NCBI GenBank assembly: GCA_965242965.1
Contig: OZ251518.1
Span: forward strand, 320,001 to 384,000
DNA: 64,000 nt
Direction: 5' to 3'
From: Candidatus Poribacteria bacterium
Lineage (GTDB): Bacteria; Poribacteria; WGA-4E; WGA-3G
A program made the translations under genes and the position numbers. Every line of letters begins with the position of its first letter. Within the stretch, counting starts at the first letter, position 1. The notes under the pieces were generated by a model that saw only the letters and a list, made by a program, of their open reading frames with translations, did no database searches and was not told where the DNA came from. Positions 40,814 to 49,895 of this stretch are shown here, piece after piece.

Positions 40814-42208
40814 TTATCCGAGTTGGTATTCGCGCGATGCCACGATGAGTTGTAGCATGCTGACGACTCGGCTTTCCATTTCCTCAGAAGCGTCTCCATC
40901 TTCAAAATTGAGCGGGCCATTCGCCGAGGCGAACTGTGTCAGATACCCGTGCGTGGTGTCGTTCACCTGCATCTGGCCGGCGAGTTCAAGACATTTGTCA
41001 ACGAATGCATCCGGGGCGGCATCGTTCCCTAACGGCTTCAGTTGCGCAATGAAGTCCTGAATGCCCGGTTTTGAGACATCGCTAACCTCCTTAACGGCGA
41101 AGTTAACGCGCGTTGTGAGAAGACCGCCGTCAATCCACTCTTTACCGGTATGCCATCCCTCCACCGTCGGCGGATTGAGGAGTTGTTGTCCCATCAAACT
41201 GGTTGCACCAGCGTATTGTCCCATGCCGGGTTCTGGGCTGTGATGCGTGTTTACCAATTTCAAAATCCCTGTGACGAGTTCTGTTGGGCTTTTGACTTTG
41301 GCGAAGCGCGCCGCCTTGAAAAAGTCAGCGTTGAAAAGCACCCGCAGAATGTGCGCCATATCCCCATCGGATTCCGTGAATGCGTTCGCGAGCGTTTCAA
41401 CCGCCTCTGCATCCGTAGGCGGCGTGACGTTCCACGATGGCACCTGCGGTTCGTCTGCGACGAAGAAGTTGTAAAGATGCCGTGCAATGAATCGCGCGCA
41501 AGCCGGTTGCGCCACGATGATGTCGATGATGTCATCGCCGTTGAGGTTCCCGGTGTGCCCTAAAAAAGTCTTCTCGCCATCGTCGTGTTCCGCTTCAACG
41601 AAGATGAATTCCGGCGAGTAGTAACCGTGCGGGTATAACGGAATCGGTTGCGCGAATGTCCAGCCGGTGAAGGCGCGTGCGCAGTTCTTAATGTCGTCTT
41701 CCGTGTAGTTGCCTACTCCCAGTGAGAAGAGTTCCAGCAGTTCCCTGCCGTAGTTCTCATTGGGTTCCCCCTTGCGGTTCTCGTTATTGTCAAGCCAGAA
41801 AAGCATGGCCGGATCTTGCGAGAGTGCGAGCAGGATATCGCGCATCTTCCCCATACCGACACGGCGAAACGTATCAATCTGGTCTGACGATGCGAGGATA
41901 TGCTGGTTCTTTCCGAGCCCCGTCGCGAAGACGTGGTGCCAGAAAAGTGCCATCTTCTCCTGCAGTGGACATTTGCTGTTGAGCATACGGTATATCCAAA
42001 TCCCGACGTATGCTCCCTCGCCACCGAAGTAACGTTGCAAGATGTCCTCTTCGATGGGTATCCCGCGTTCGGGATGCACGAGTTCCTCGACAACGTTTTG
42101 ATAACCTTTTTGGACGTAAGCCTCAAGTTCGGTTCGCGTTGTGCCGAATCCGGCGCGCCGCATGAGGTGCGCCATCTGTGCGACATTGTTATCATCGTTT
42201 TCTGCCAT
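40814..42208 (-). CDS. DUF1800 domain protein
   Basis: HLMRRAGFG, LQEKMALFW, PAMLFWLDN, PNENYGRELLELFSLG, ARAFTGW; GGAGG RBS before ATG 42208. Confidence 0.9.
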   Translation of the reverse strand: MAENDDNNVAQMAHLMRRAGFGTTRTELEAYVQKGYQNVVEELVHPERGIPIEEDILQRYFGGEGAYVGIWIYRMLNSKCPLQEKMALFWHHVFATGLGKNQHILASSDQIDTFRRVGMGKMRDILLALSQDPAMLFWLDNNENRKGEPNENYGRELLELFSLGVGNYTEDDIKNCARAFTGWTFAQPIPLYPHGYYSPEFIFVEAEHDDGEKTFLGHTGNLNGDDIIDIIVAQPACARFIARHLYNFFVADEPQVPSWNVTPPTDAEAVETLANAFTESDGDMAHILRVLFNADFFKAARFAKVKSPTELVTGILKLVNTHHSPEPGMGQYAGATSLMGQQLLNPPTVEGWHTGKEWIDGGLLTTRVNFAVKEVSDVSKPGIQDFIAQLKPLGNDAAPDAFVDKCLELAGQMQVNDTTHGYLTQFASANGPLNFEDGDASEEMESRVVSMLQLIVASREYQLG

Positions 42209-42310
42209 GATGAGCCTCCCATCTAGCGAATTTATCGCGATTTTGCGGTTTTCCAAACGGCATTTTATTTAGATTAACTTAATTTGTAAAAAATGTCAAG
42301 TTTTTTTGTC

Positions 42311-42451
42311 TGGAGCAGGATTATCACGATTATCACGATTTCGCACGATTATAGGGCTTGGTGCATCAAATACCCCGTGGCCTGCCACAAGGGTGCCGGG
42401 GCGTCGGATCCCTAATCTTGTGAAATCTTGGAAATCTTGAAAATCCTGCTC
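42311..42451. repeat. Inverted-repeat element of the GAGCAGGATT family
   Basis: GAGCAGGATTATCACG... to ...AATCCTGCTC; reverse-complement homologue of about 23650-23787. Confidence 0.8.
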
Positions 42452-42462
42452 TGCTTTTGAAG

Positions 42463-42503
42463 AAAAAAAACGCGGGCAAGGAGTGCTACTCCCTGCCCGC
42501 GTT
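42463..42503 (-). terminator. Rho-independent terminator
   Basis: CGCGGGCAGGGAGT-AGC-ACTCCTTGCCCGCG hairpin followed by T8 on the minus strand. Confidence 0.75.
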
Positions 42504-42539
42504 AGTATGTCCTTTGTAACTAAGAACGGTTCCTTTTAC

Positions 42540-43015
42540 CTAAAACGATCGCGGGGGACAGGCCCCCGCGCTACGGTAGCCGGAACGGCCCGTTTTTTCG
42601 TAGGGCGAGGGCCTGTCCCTCGCCATGCTGCGATCGCGGGAGAAATCCCCTCGGAGCCTGAAACGATCGCGGGGGACAGGCCCCCGCGCTACGGTAGCCG
42701 GAACGTCCCGTTTTCCCGTAGGGCGAGGGCCTGTCCCTCGCCATGCAACGATCGCGGAGGAAATCCGCTCGGAGCCTGAAACGATCGCGGGGGCCTGTCC
42801 CCCGCGCTACGGTAGCCAAAACCGTCCCTTCTGTAGTTCAAGAGCGCCTGATCTTGACCCGATTGCGATCAGGCGATCGCAAACTACAGAAGGGAGCGCG
42901 GGGGACAGGCCCCCGCGCTACGGGCCAGGAAGAAAAAAATGCGCGGGGGACAGGCCCTCGCCCTACGGTAATCGAGAGATCGCGGGGGACAGGCCCCCGC
43001 GCTACGGTATTCGGA
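42540..43015. repeat. Mosaic REP-like cluster
   Basis: Tandem paired GTAG hairpins. Confidence 0.85.
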
Positions 43016-43019
43016 ACGG

Positions 43020-46000
43020 CTATTCCCGCTTTTTCAACGCACCGAACGTCGTCAGCATCCGATTCGATGCGGAAACAGGACCCGGCAACAACCGCGTCAC
43101 TAATGTTTCCCGCTTACCATCAAACGCAACTTCCTCAATCTGATAGTAATACTCAATCCCCGGCTTCGCAGACGTATCGGTAAACGTGTAGGTTTGACGT
43201 TCACCTGTCGTGCCGGCACCGGCGATTAAGGCAGGATTCAAGAGCGTGAAACCACTCCCGCGCTTTTCGCTACGGCGCAGATTGAACCCGGCGTTGTCTA
43301 CCTCGGATTCGGTTGTCCATGTCAAGACGACAGCACCAACTTCGGTGCGCGTCAGCGAGAAACTTGATAACTCAACAGGTAATGCACCGCCTTCACGATG
43401 CCCCGGTGTGCCGATGTCCTCAGCATGGCCGTAATGGAGAGACTCATCAAACGGCTTGATGCGCGATGCCAACACCCAACTCGCACGCTTTCGTCCCGGC
43501 AGCGCAACACCTTTGTCGTAACGCCGAATGATGGAACTCCGAGAACCTTCCTCAAAACTCAACGGTAATGCCCAGGCCGGTGCATCATCCGAACGCCGAT
43601 CGCTGTCCCTATTCCCGACTTCGTCTACCAGATTCCCGTTCCTATCGGCGAGTTGCAGGTAGAACCCTTCGGTACTTAAGAAGGTATCGCGCGCCCTTTT
43701 TATGCGCAGATTCTTCTCATGCAGTGCAAGCAGATCGTAAATTCTGTCCGCCGGTAGATACGAATCCGACGAGGCACGCGCAGGTCCGGCCACGATGAGC
43801 AACGTTTGATTCGGTTGAATCACTTTTTCGCTGAGCGTCAACGTGACAATCGGGCGGCCGACTAAATCCTCGGAATCGACATTCTGGATCTCCAACTCCC
43901 AACGGTTGAGATTGATAGCATCCGTTTTGGAATTGTTGTAGAGTTCGATCCATTGCGGCAGTGTGCGCCCGCCGGAATCCACCATGATTTCACTGAAGGT
44001 GATGCTGCCTTTCGGCGTGGCGGCTTCCGTTTTCACTGCACCATTCGGATACCCCGGTGTGCCGGAAGTGGCGGCAGACTCTGTCACCTTCCTGTCATAG
44101 CCGATACCCGTGAATGCCGATTCTGCCCACGCATCTCGATGATACCCGACGATATCCGCCTTCGCGCGCTGCCAGACCTTGCCTGAGCCGAGGGCATCTT
44201 CAGTGTCACCACCGGGTGCCTCACGCACTTGCAAGGGCCAGACATGCGTATCATAATCGCCTGTCTGTTCACGGACAAACGCATCGGTGTCACTGCCGCC
44301 GCCACCGGCGACATCCACGAACGCCTCGTTCAGACCGAGTTTCTCTTTGGCATTCCGCAGAATCAACAGGAATTTTCCATCATCTGGCAGGGACAACTCC
44401 GATTTGACGAGATACAGGTGCGGTGAGCCTTTCTTCTCCACGGCGGCCGTGGCGGCATCATTCCCACCGGCGAGAGACGTTTTGTCCGGTGACGTATTCA
44501 CAAGCAGCAACAGCCCATTCGCCGGCACGCTCACATCTTCTACAAAAGCAATCAGGGAGGTATCTTCCTTCTTGCCATCCTGCACGATGCTGAGCTCCCA
44601 GTCCTTTAACGAGACTGCAGATCCTGTCACATTGCGGAGTTCCAACCAGTCATCAGCATCGTCACTGCCGTTGCCGAGTTCGTTGAAGACAATAGGACTC
44701 CGCGGCACATCCGTGGCGGCAGCCTTCGGCTCGGACTCCTCAGGAAGATAGATAAGGTTGATAGGCACCTCTGTCCGAGGGGCCAGCTCCTGGTCAGATT
44801 CACCCTGCAATTGGCCTTGCCCTGGCGGTGGCGTTGTCACCAAGCCTTCGCCGGACCCTTTCGCCGGTGCACCGGTGCCCGATAATTGGCTGCCTGTCTC
44901 GTCCACCAGCCGCGTGTCACTCGGCACGGTTAACCCAATCTCCTCCGCGACGCGCAGCGACTGCGCAACATCATTTGCCGCTACCGTATACGCAAACGTC
45001 ACTTTTGTCGAATTCGCGTCTTCCTGAGCACTCCAGATAGCGTGCCGTGCATTTGCCGGCACCTCTTCGCCCAGATACAGCGTCAGATACGGCGGATCCT
45101 CGCCTACATAGCGGAGACCTTCCCGATTATACGTCACTTCCACCTCAATCTTCTCTCCGACGGTATACACACCCGCCGCAGGCTCAACTATCTCCGGTGT
45201 TTCTACTACCTGGAACGGGATGTTCACCGGCACCGTCAACGTATTTGAGGCAAGGCTATCGTTACGCGCGATGTCCTGTGTTGCACCCGCTGGCAACCGG
45301 ATAGCCACGTCTCCCTGAAAACCGAGAGGCGGCGTAATCGTGGCTTTGTAGACGAGGAACGACCCGGAGTTCTTGGCATGCCCTGGCTTGTGGGCTGAAC
45401 CCGCCGGCTGCCCCGGTCTGTCCCTAGTCGGCCACTGATTGGTGGCACGATTGTCCAACCCGATATAGATAGTCTCAACTTGCCACTCGGATCTCACGAC
45501 ATCCGCACCGGTAATCTCCACATCATCGCCGGTAAAACTTTCCCCGACTTCGTCGGCTATCGCGCCCTCCGGCCTGTGATGGTTGAAAAAGCGGAATTCA
45601 ACATCAAAGGGACCTGTCTGGACATCGCTTTCCGTGACAGCCTCACGTAAATCGTCCGCTGTCATCATGGGGATTGCGGTATACGTCGCATCCAGATTCA
45701 CCGCGGCAATCCGTCTATCCTCTATGTGCGTGACACCATTTTTTATGATGCCGGGAATCCAGACTGTCGCAGGGATGGTATCCACCAGATACTTGATGAT
45801 GCCGAAAGCGTATGCGTCACTGTATCTTTCCACAGGCAGGTGGATGAGATTAGTTGCTGCAACCTTGATATCCGGATCGTCTGTGAGGTTGGGGATGCCG
45901 GTAAAAAACGCCCAAAGTTGCCGCTCAAGATCCGCCCCGGTATCAAACTCGTTGCCAATCAAATCTGTTATAATACGCGGGTTGTCAACAGGCGTTCCTC

Positions 46001-47207
46001 TGCGCCATTCCGTATGAGTATTCGGCCGAAATGCTTCTGTACCAAGTTCTATGGCACCGAAAGCGCGATGCCCTTCGGTCTTCAACTTGCCGGCTTCATC
46101 ATAAAACCACCGAAACGTTTTCACGCCGCCCTCAAGCCGAAACGTTAACTCGTCTGTTCCCGTGCCGGACACGTAGATACACTCCGTAAGAGCAGCATCT
46201 AGTTTCGCATAAAACGAGGGAGGATTGTTGGTATCCACCTGCACCGCTTCACTAAACTTCACCTTCACTTCAAACGGATCGCCGGCTCGCAAATAGAATG
46301 CCCGCGGGCTATTGGCCAACGTCACCGCGTTCGCGCCGGTTGGAAGGGCCCAACCGTGGTCGTGCACGAGTTCGCAGGCAGCAGTGTAGGTGTCACCGTA
46401 TTTTCGGTGATCCTCTAGGCACCCTTGACGCACCTGATGGTAGCGGGACGGCCCTGACTGCCCGGCAGGCGGCGCGTTTATCGTCAGGCTTTCCACCGTA
46501 GGATAGGCTGAGACTCTGCCATCTATCTTGGGGTAGTGGATAGTGCCGGTATAGGTAGCAGCTCGTACGGCCCCCGAACCCCACCTAACGAAAGGTTGGC
46601 TATTAGTCGGCGGATTCCCATAGCGAAGCCAACCGCCATCGTCGTCCCTGTCGCCTGACCGCACTTTATAGAGGTATACCACGGTATACGAATACGGTAA
46701 AGTCACAGGCACAGGCCTGTTTGGGTTTTTAAGTTCAAGATTGCGGCTCGTTCCCAGCGTTTTCATCCACGACGGAGGCGAGGTACCGGTTGGACCACCA
46801 ATCTCCCAATTCTCTAAAGATATTACTGATACGTGCCCGACTGTGGCCTGACCAGTACCGGTTACGGTCATTTTAAAGGCGATTGCGATGATGTCGCCAG
46901 CGTTTGCTGTAACAGGGTTTGCACCGTTGTGCGCTTCCATTGCGGTGATTTCAACACCACCATTCTCAAGGCTCAGCGTCCCCTCCGTAAAATCGTCGAC
47001 CCTCGCCAGTTTGCCGTCAATCTGATTACCACTCCACGTTACCCAGTTCTCTGGGTCTGGCGTATTATCCTCGTTGGGTAGTACCATGTCAGGATTCACA
47101 TAAATCCTGAGGTTATTAATTTGATATTGTGCCTGCGCTTCGGGCCCTGTTCCGATGAGAATTACCAAGGCGGCAAGCAGCAAACCTATTGGAAAAAGCA
47201 ATTTCAT
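43020..47207 (-). CDS. Large secreted/surface protein with lamin-tail-like domains
   Basis: GGAGG RBS, signal peptide MKLLFPIG...AQA; IVFNE...DWLELRN and ITFSEIM...QWIELYN lamin-tail-like domains; C-terminal LPVELSSF...ESEVDNAGFNL domain. Confidence 0.8.
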   Translation of the reverse strand: MKLLFPIGLLLAALVILIGTGPEAQAQYQINNLRIYVNPDMVLPNEDNTPDPENWVTWSGNQIDGKLARVDDFTEGTLSLENGGVEITAMEAHNGANPVTANAGDIIAIAFKMTVTGTGQATVGHVSVISLENWEIGGPTGTSPPSWMKTLGTSRNLELKNPNRPVPVTLPYSYTVVYLYKVRSGDRDDDGGWLRYGNPPTNSQPFVRWGSGAVRAATYTGTIHYPKIDGRVSAYPTVESLTINAPPAGQSGPSRYHQVRQGCLEDHRKYGDTYTAACELVHDHGWALPTGANAVTLANSPRAFYLRAGDPFEVKVKFSEAVQVDTNNPPSFYAKLDAALTECIYVSGTGTDELTFRLEGGVKTFRWFYDEAGKLKTEGHRAFGAIELGTEAFRPNTHTEWRRGTPVDNPRIITDLIGNEFDTGADLERQLWAFFTGIPNLTDDPDIKVAATNLIHLPVERYSDAYAFGIIKYLVDTIPATVWIPGIIKNGVTHIEDRRIAAVNLDATYTAIPMMTADDLREAVTESDVQTGPFDVEFRFFNHHRPEGAIADEVGESFTGDDVEITGADVVRSEWQVETIYIGLDNRATNQWPTRDRPGQPAGSAHKPGHAKNSGSFLVYKATITPPLGFQGDVAIRLPAGATQDIARNDSLASNTLTVPVNIPFQVVETPEIVEPAAGVYTVGEKIEVEVTYNREGLRYVGEDPPYLTLYLGEEVPANARHAIWSAQEDANSTKVTFAYTVAANDVAQSLRVAEEIGLTVPSDTRLVDETGSQLSGTGAPAKGSGEGLVTTPPPGQGQLQGESDQELAPRTEVPINLIYLPEESEPKAAATDVPRSPIVFNELGNGSDDADDWLELRNVTGSAVSLKDWELSIVQDGKKEDTSLIAFVEDVSVPANGLLLLVNTSPDKTSLAGGNDAATAAVEKKGSPHLYLVKSELSLPDDGKFLLILRNAKEKLGLNEAFVDVAGGGGSDTDAFVREQTGDYDTHVWPLQVREAPGGDTEDALGSGKVWQRAKADIVGYHRDAWAESAFTGIGYDRKVTESAATSGTPGYPNGAVKTEAATPKGSITFSEIMVDSGGRTLPQWIELYNNSKTDAINLNRWELEIQNVDSEDLVGRPIVTLTLSEKVIQPNQTLLIVAGPARASSDSYLPADRIYDLLALHEKNLRIKRARDTFLSTEGFYLQLADRNGNLVDEVGNRDSDRRSDDAPAWALPLSFEEGSRSSIIRRYDKGVALPGRKRASWVLASRIKPFDESLHYGHAEDIGTPGHREGGALPVELSSFSLTRTEVGAVVLTWTTESEVDNAGFNLRRSEKRGSGFTLLNPALIAGAGTTGERQTYTFTDTSAKPGIEYYYQIEEVAFDGKRETLVTRLLPGPVSASNRMLTTFGALKKRE

Positions 47208-47617
47208 TACAAATTCCTCCATCTTTGGATGTCGGGGTATCCTTCTCACACCGGTGGAGAAGGCGCGCGTTCTCGAAGAAAAACAGGGTAACCGTGGGCG
47301 GGCGCCCACGGTTATCCTGCCCCTTAATATCCCAAGTGGGGAGTGAATTTTCCCCGGAACAACGCTGTTTGGCTCTGGGCTGCCGTGAATGAAAAGGGGT
47401 GGTGCAACGCGAAAAGCCCCTTGGCGGCTCTCCGTGTGGAGGCGACGTTGCTAAGGAGCTATCGGTTCGCGCGCGAACCGGCTTGCGCGCAGGAAATCTG
47501 CACGCGTATTCATTGTTGTGGGAGTCAGAGCCGGGGTGGATTGTCCCGCGATGGGGACAACTTTCTTCCCTCCCCCAGGCGCGTTTCTGCCGAGAACAGC
47601 AGGGTATTAACTGCCGT

Positions 47618-47794
47618 TTAGTGAGGGGGGGGGTAAATGGTTATTAGTGTGGTAATCTCAACCGGGTCAACGGAGTTAATGGGAGGCGCGAACGCGGACA
47701 TCACGCGCGGCCGGGGTGGCTGGCGTGTCGCTGTCATGCCATGATGCAGATGCCTAATGGTATCTGCAGAGATGGAAGCAGGATAGAATGTCAT
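47618..47794 (-). CDS. Possible 58 aa leader ORF ending at a C9 tract
   Basis: AAAGGAG RBS, ATG 47794, MTFYPAS...TIYPPPH*; below the ORF-track cutoff. Confidence 0.35.
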   Translation of the reverse strand: MTFYPASISADTIRHLHHGMTATRQPPRPRVMSAFAPPINSVDPVEITTLITIYPPPH

Positions 47795-47855
47795 GTGTTG
47801 CGCTCCTTTCCGTTAATCGGGTCTGTTATCGCACTAAAATTGGTGTAATGTATAT

Positions 47856-47884
47856 ATTATACCACATTTTTGTGCGTTTGTCAA
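47856..47884 (-). promoter_or_regulatory. Consensus sigma70 promoter
   Basis: TTGACA-17 nt-TATAAT with TG extension. Confidence 0.75.
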
Positions 47885-47954
47885 ATTAAAATGTGATTTT
47901 AATGGATTTTCGTGTTTTTTTCAAGGTTTTTTTGAAAAAAATTTGATTTTTCTG

Positions 47955-48715
47955 TCGACGGTATCCAAAACGGCCCCGATTATCGTAGCGCGAGGGCCTG
48001 TCCCTCGCGATCGTTCACGGTATCCAAAACGCCCGTTTCACCGTAGCGCGAGGGCCTGTCCCTCGCGAGCGTTCGATGGAACCGAGAACGCCCCGTTTCA
48101 CCGTAGCGCGAGGGCCTGTCCCTCGCGAGCTCTCGATTCTCCCGGGCATGGCGGGGGACAGGCCCCCGCCCTACGGTATTCGGAGCGGCTTTTTTAACCG
48201 TAGCGCGAGGGCCTGTCCCTCGCGATCTCTCGATTATCCCGGGCATGGCGGGGGACAGGCCCCCGCCCTACGGTAAAACGGGCCGCCTCCTTCTGTAGGT
48301 CAAGAGCGCCTGCTCTTGACCTGTTTGCGATCAGGCGATCGCAAACTACAGAGGGGAAACGCGACGGTATCCAAAACGCCACCGATTACCGTAGCGCGAG
48401 TGCCTGTCCCTCGCGAGCGTTCAACGAATCCAAACCGCCCCGATTCCCGTAGCGCGAGGGCCTGTCCCTCGCGAGCTCTCGATTCTCCCGGGCACGGCGG
48501 GGGACAGGCCCCCGCCCTACGGTAATTGAGGGCCGTCTTCTCTTGACCTGTTTGCGATCAGGCGATCGCAAACTACAGAGGGGAGCGCGCACCGTATCCC
48601 GGGCACGGCGGGGGACAGGCCCCCGCCCTACGGTAGAAGCGTGGTTCCTCCTGTAGGTCAAGAGCGCCTGCTCTTGACCCGATGGCGATCAGGCGATCGC
48701 AAACTACAGATGCGG
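47955..48715. repeat. Mosaic REP-like cluster
   Basis: Variants GTAGCGCGAGGGCCTGTCCCTCGCG and GGCGGGGGACAGGCCCCCGCCCTAC. Confidence 0.85.
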
Positions 48716-48725
48716 AGCACGCCCA

Positions 48726-49895
48726 TTAAAACGCCGCCTCCAACAACCCCAACATATCCTCCTCCGTGCAAGAGCGCGGGTTGGATTTATAACAGTGATC
48801 CAACATAGAATCCGCGGCGAGTTTGGGGAGACGTTCGCGAGGCAAACCGCAGGCACCAAGTCCCTCCGGCATCCGTAATTCCTCGTTCAATGCGCGGATT
48901 TCGTCAATAGCGGCGCGCGCAGCGGCTTCCGCAGACATGCCAGCGGTGTTTACGCCTAATGCATCGGCGACATCGGCGTATTTGTCCATCGCAAAGGAGA
49001 AGTTGAATTCCATCACGGGCGGCAACAGAATCGCGTTGGCGACACCGTGGGGTATCGGTGCTTCAGTGGATAACTGATGCGCGATAGAATGGACTGCGCC
49101 GAGTCCCTTCTGAAAAGCGAACGCGCCCATGCTCGCGCCGAGCAACATCTCGGTTCTCGCCGTGACATCGTCGCCGTGATGATACGCCTTTCGGATGTTC
49201 GCGCCGAGCATCTTCAGTGCCTGCAATGCGACACCTTCGGAGATAGGGTGATACCTCGTGGCGACATACGCTTCGATGCCGTGCGTGATGGCATCCATGC
49301 CGGTGGCGGCGGTGAGCGGCATCGGCATGCCTACCGTTAACCCCGGGTCGAGGAGAGAGATGTTTGACATATTTAACGGCGTAACGATGGCGCGTTTTCG
49401 CCATCTATCTGTCGTGTTTCGCGAGGTATCGGTGATAATGGCACCTTGCGAGACCTCGCTGCCGGTGCCAGCTGTCGTCGGGATGCAGATGAGCGGCGGC
49501 ATGTTATCGCGGATGCGTTCCCTCCCGCCGACATCGACGTAGTAAGGCTCCAACGGCGGTTCGTGCGTTGTCAAAATGCGAATGGCTTTCGCTGCGTCCA
49601 TCACACTTCCGCCGCCGATGGCGATGATGACATCGCATGCGGCGCGCTTCCACAACGCCGCCCCTTCTTCCGTGCTGATGTCTGTCGGATTCGGTTCAAT
49701 TTCGGTGTAGTCGGCATAAGGGATGTTGGCATCTTCCAACGGCGCGATGGCTTTCGCGAGGATGCCCGCGCGGCGGACACCGGCATCGCTTACCACCAGC
49801 GGTTTTCGGCCACCGAGGTGCTTGACATGCGCCGCTAGGGATTCAATTGCACCCTCGCCACATTCAATGCGCGGCGGTAAAAAGTAGCTATGCAT
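48726..49895 (-). CDS. Iron-containing alcohol dehydrogenase
   Basis: IGGGSVMDAAK, PTTAGTGSE, GMDAITHGIE, HSIAH, HG.ANA. Confidence 0.92.
   Translation of the reverse strand: MHSYFLPPRIECGEGAIESLAAHVKHLGGRKPLVVSDAGVRRAGILAKAIAPLEDANIPYADYTEIEPNPTDISTEEGAALWKRAACDVIIAIGGGSVMDAAKAIRILTTHEPPLEPYYVDVGGRERIRDNMPPLICIPTTAGTGSEVSQGAIITDTSRNTTDRWRKRAIVTPLNMSNISLLDPGLTVGMPMPLTAATGMDAITHGIEAYVATRYHPISEGVALQALKMLGANIRKAYHHGDDVTARTEMLLGASMGAFAFQKGLGAVHSIAHQLSTEAPIPHGVANAILLPPVMEFNFSFAMDKYADVADALGVNTAGMSAEAAARAAIDEIRALNEELRMPEGLGACGLPRERLPKLAADSMLDHCYKSNPRSCTEEDMLGLLEAAF

Noticed and set aside
47330-47600. Known riboswitch such as c-di-GMP
   Set aside because: Hairpins are present but I could not match the conserved consensus by eye.
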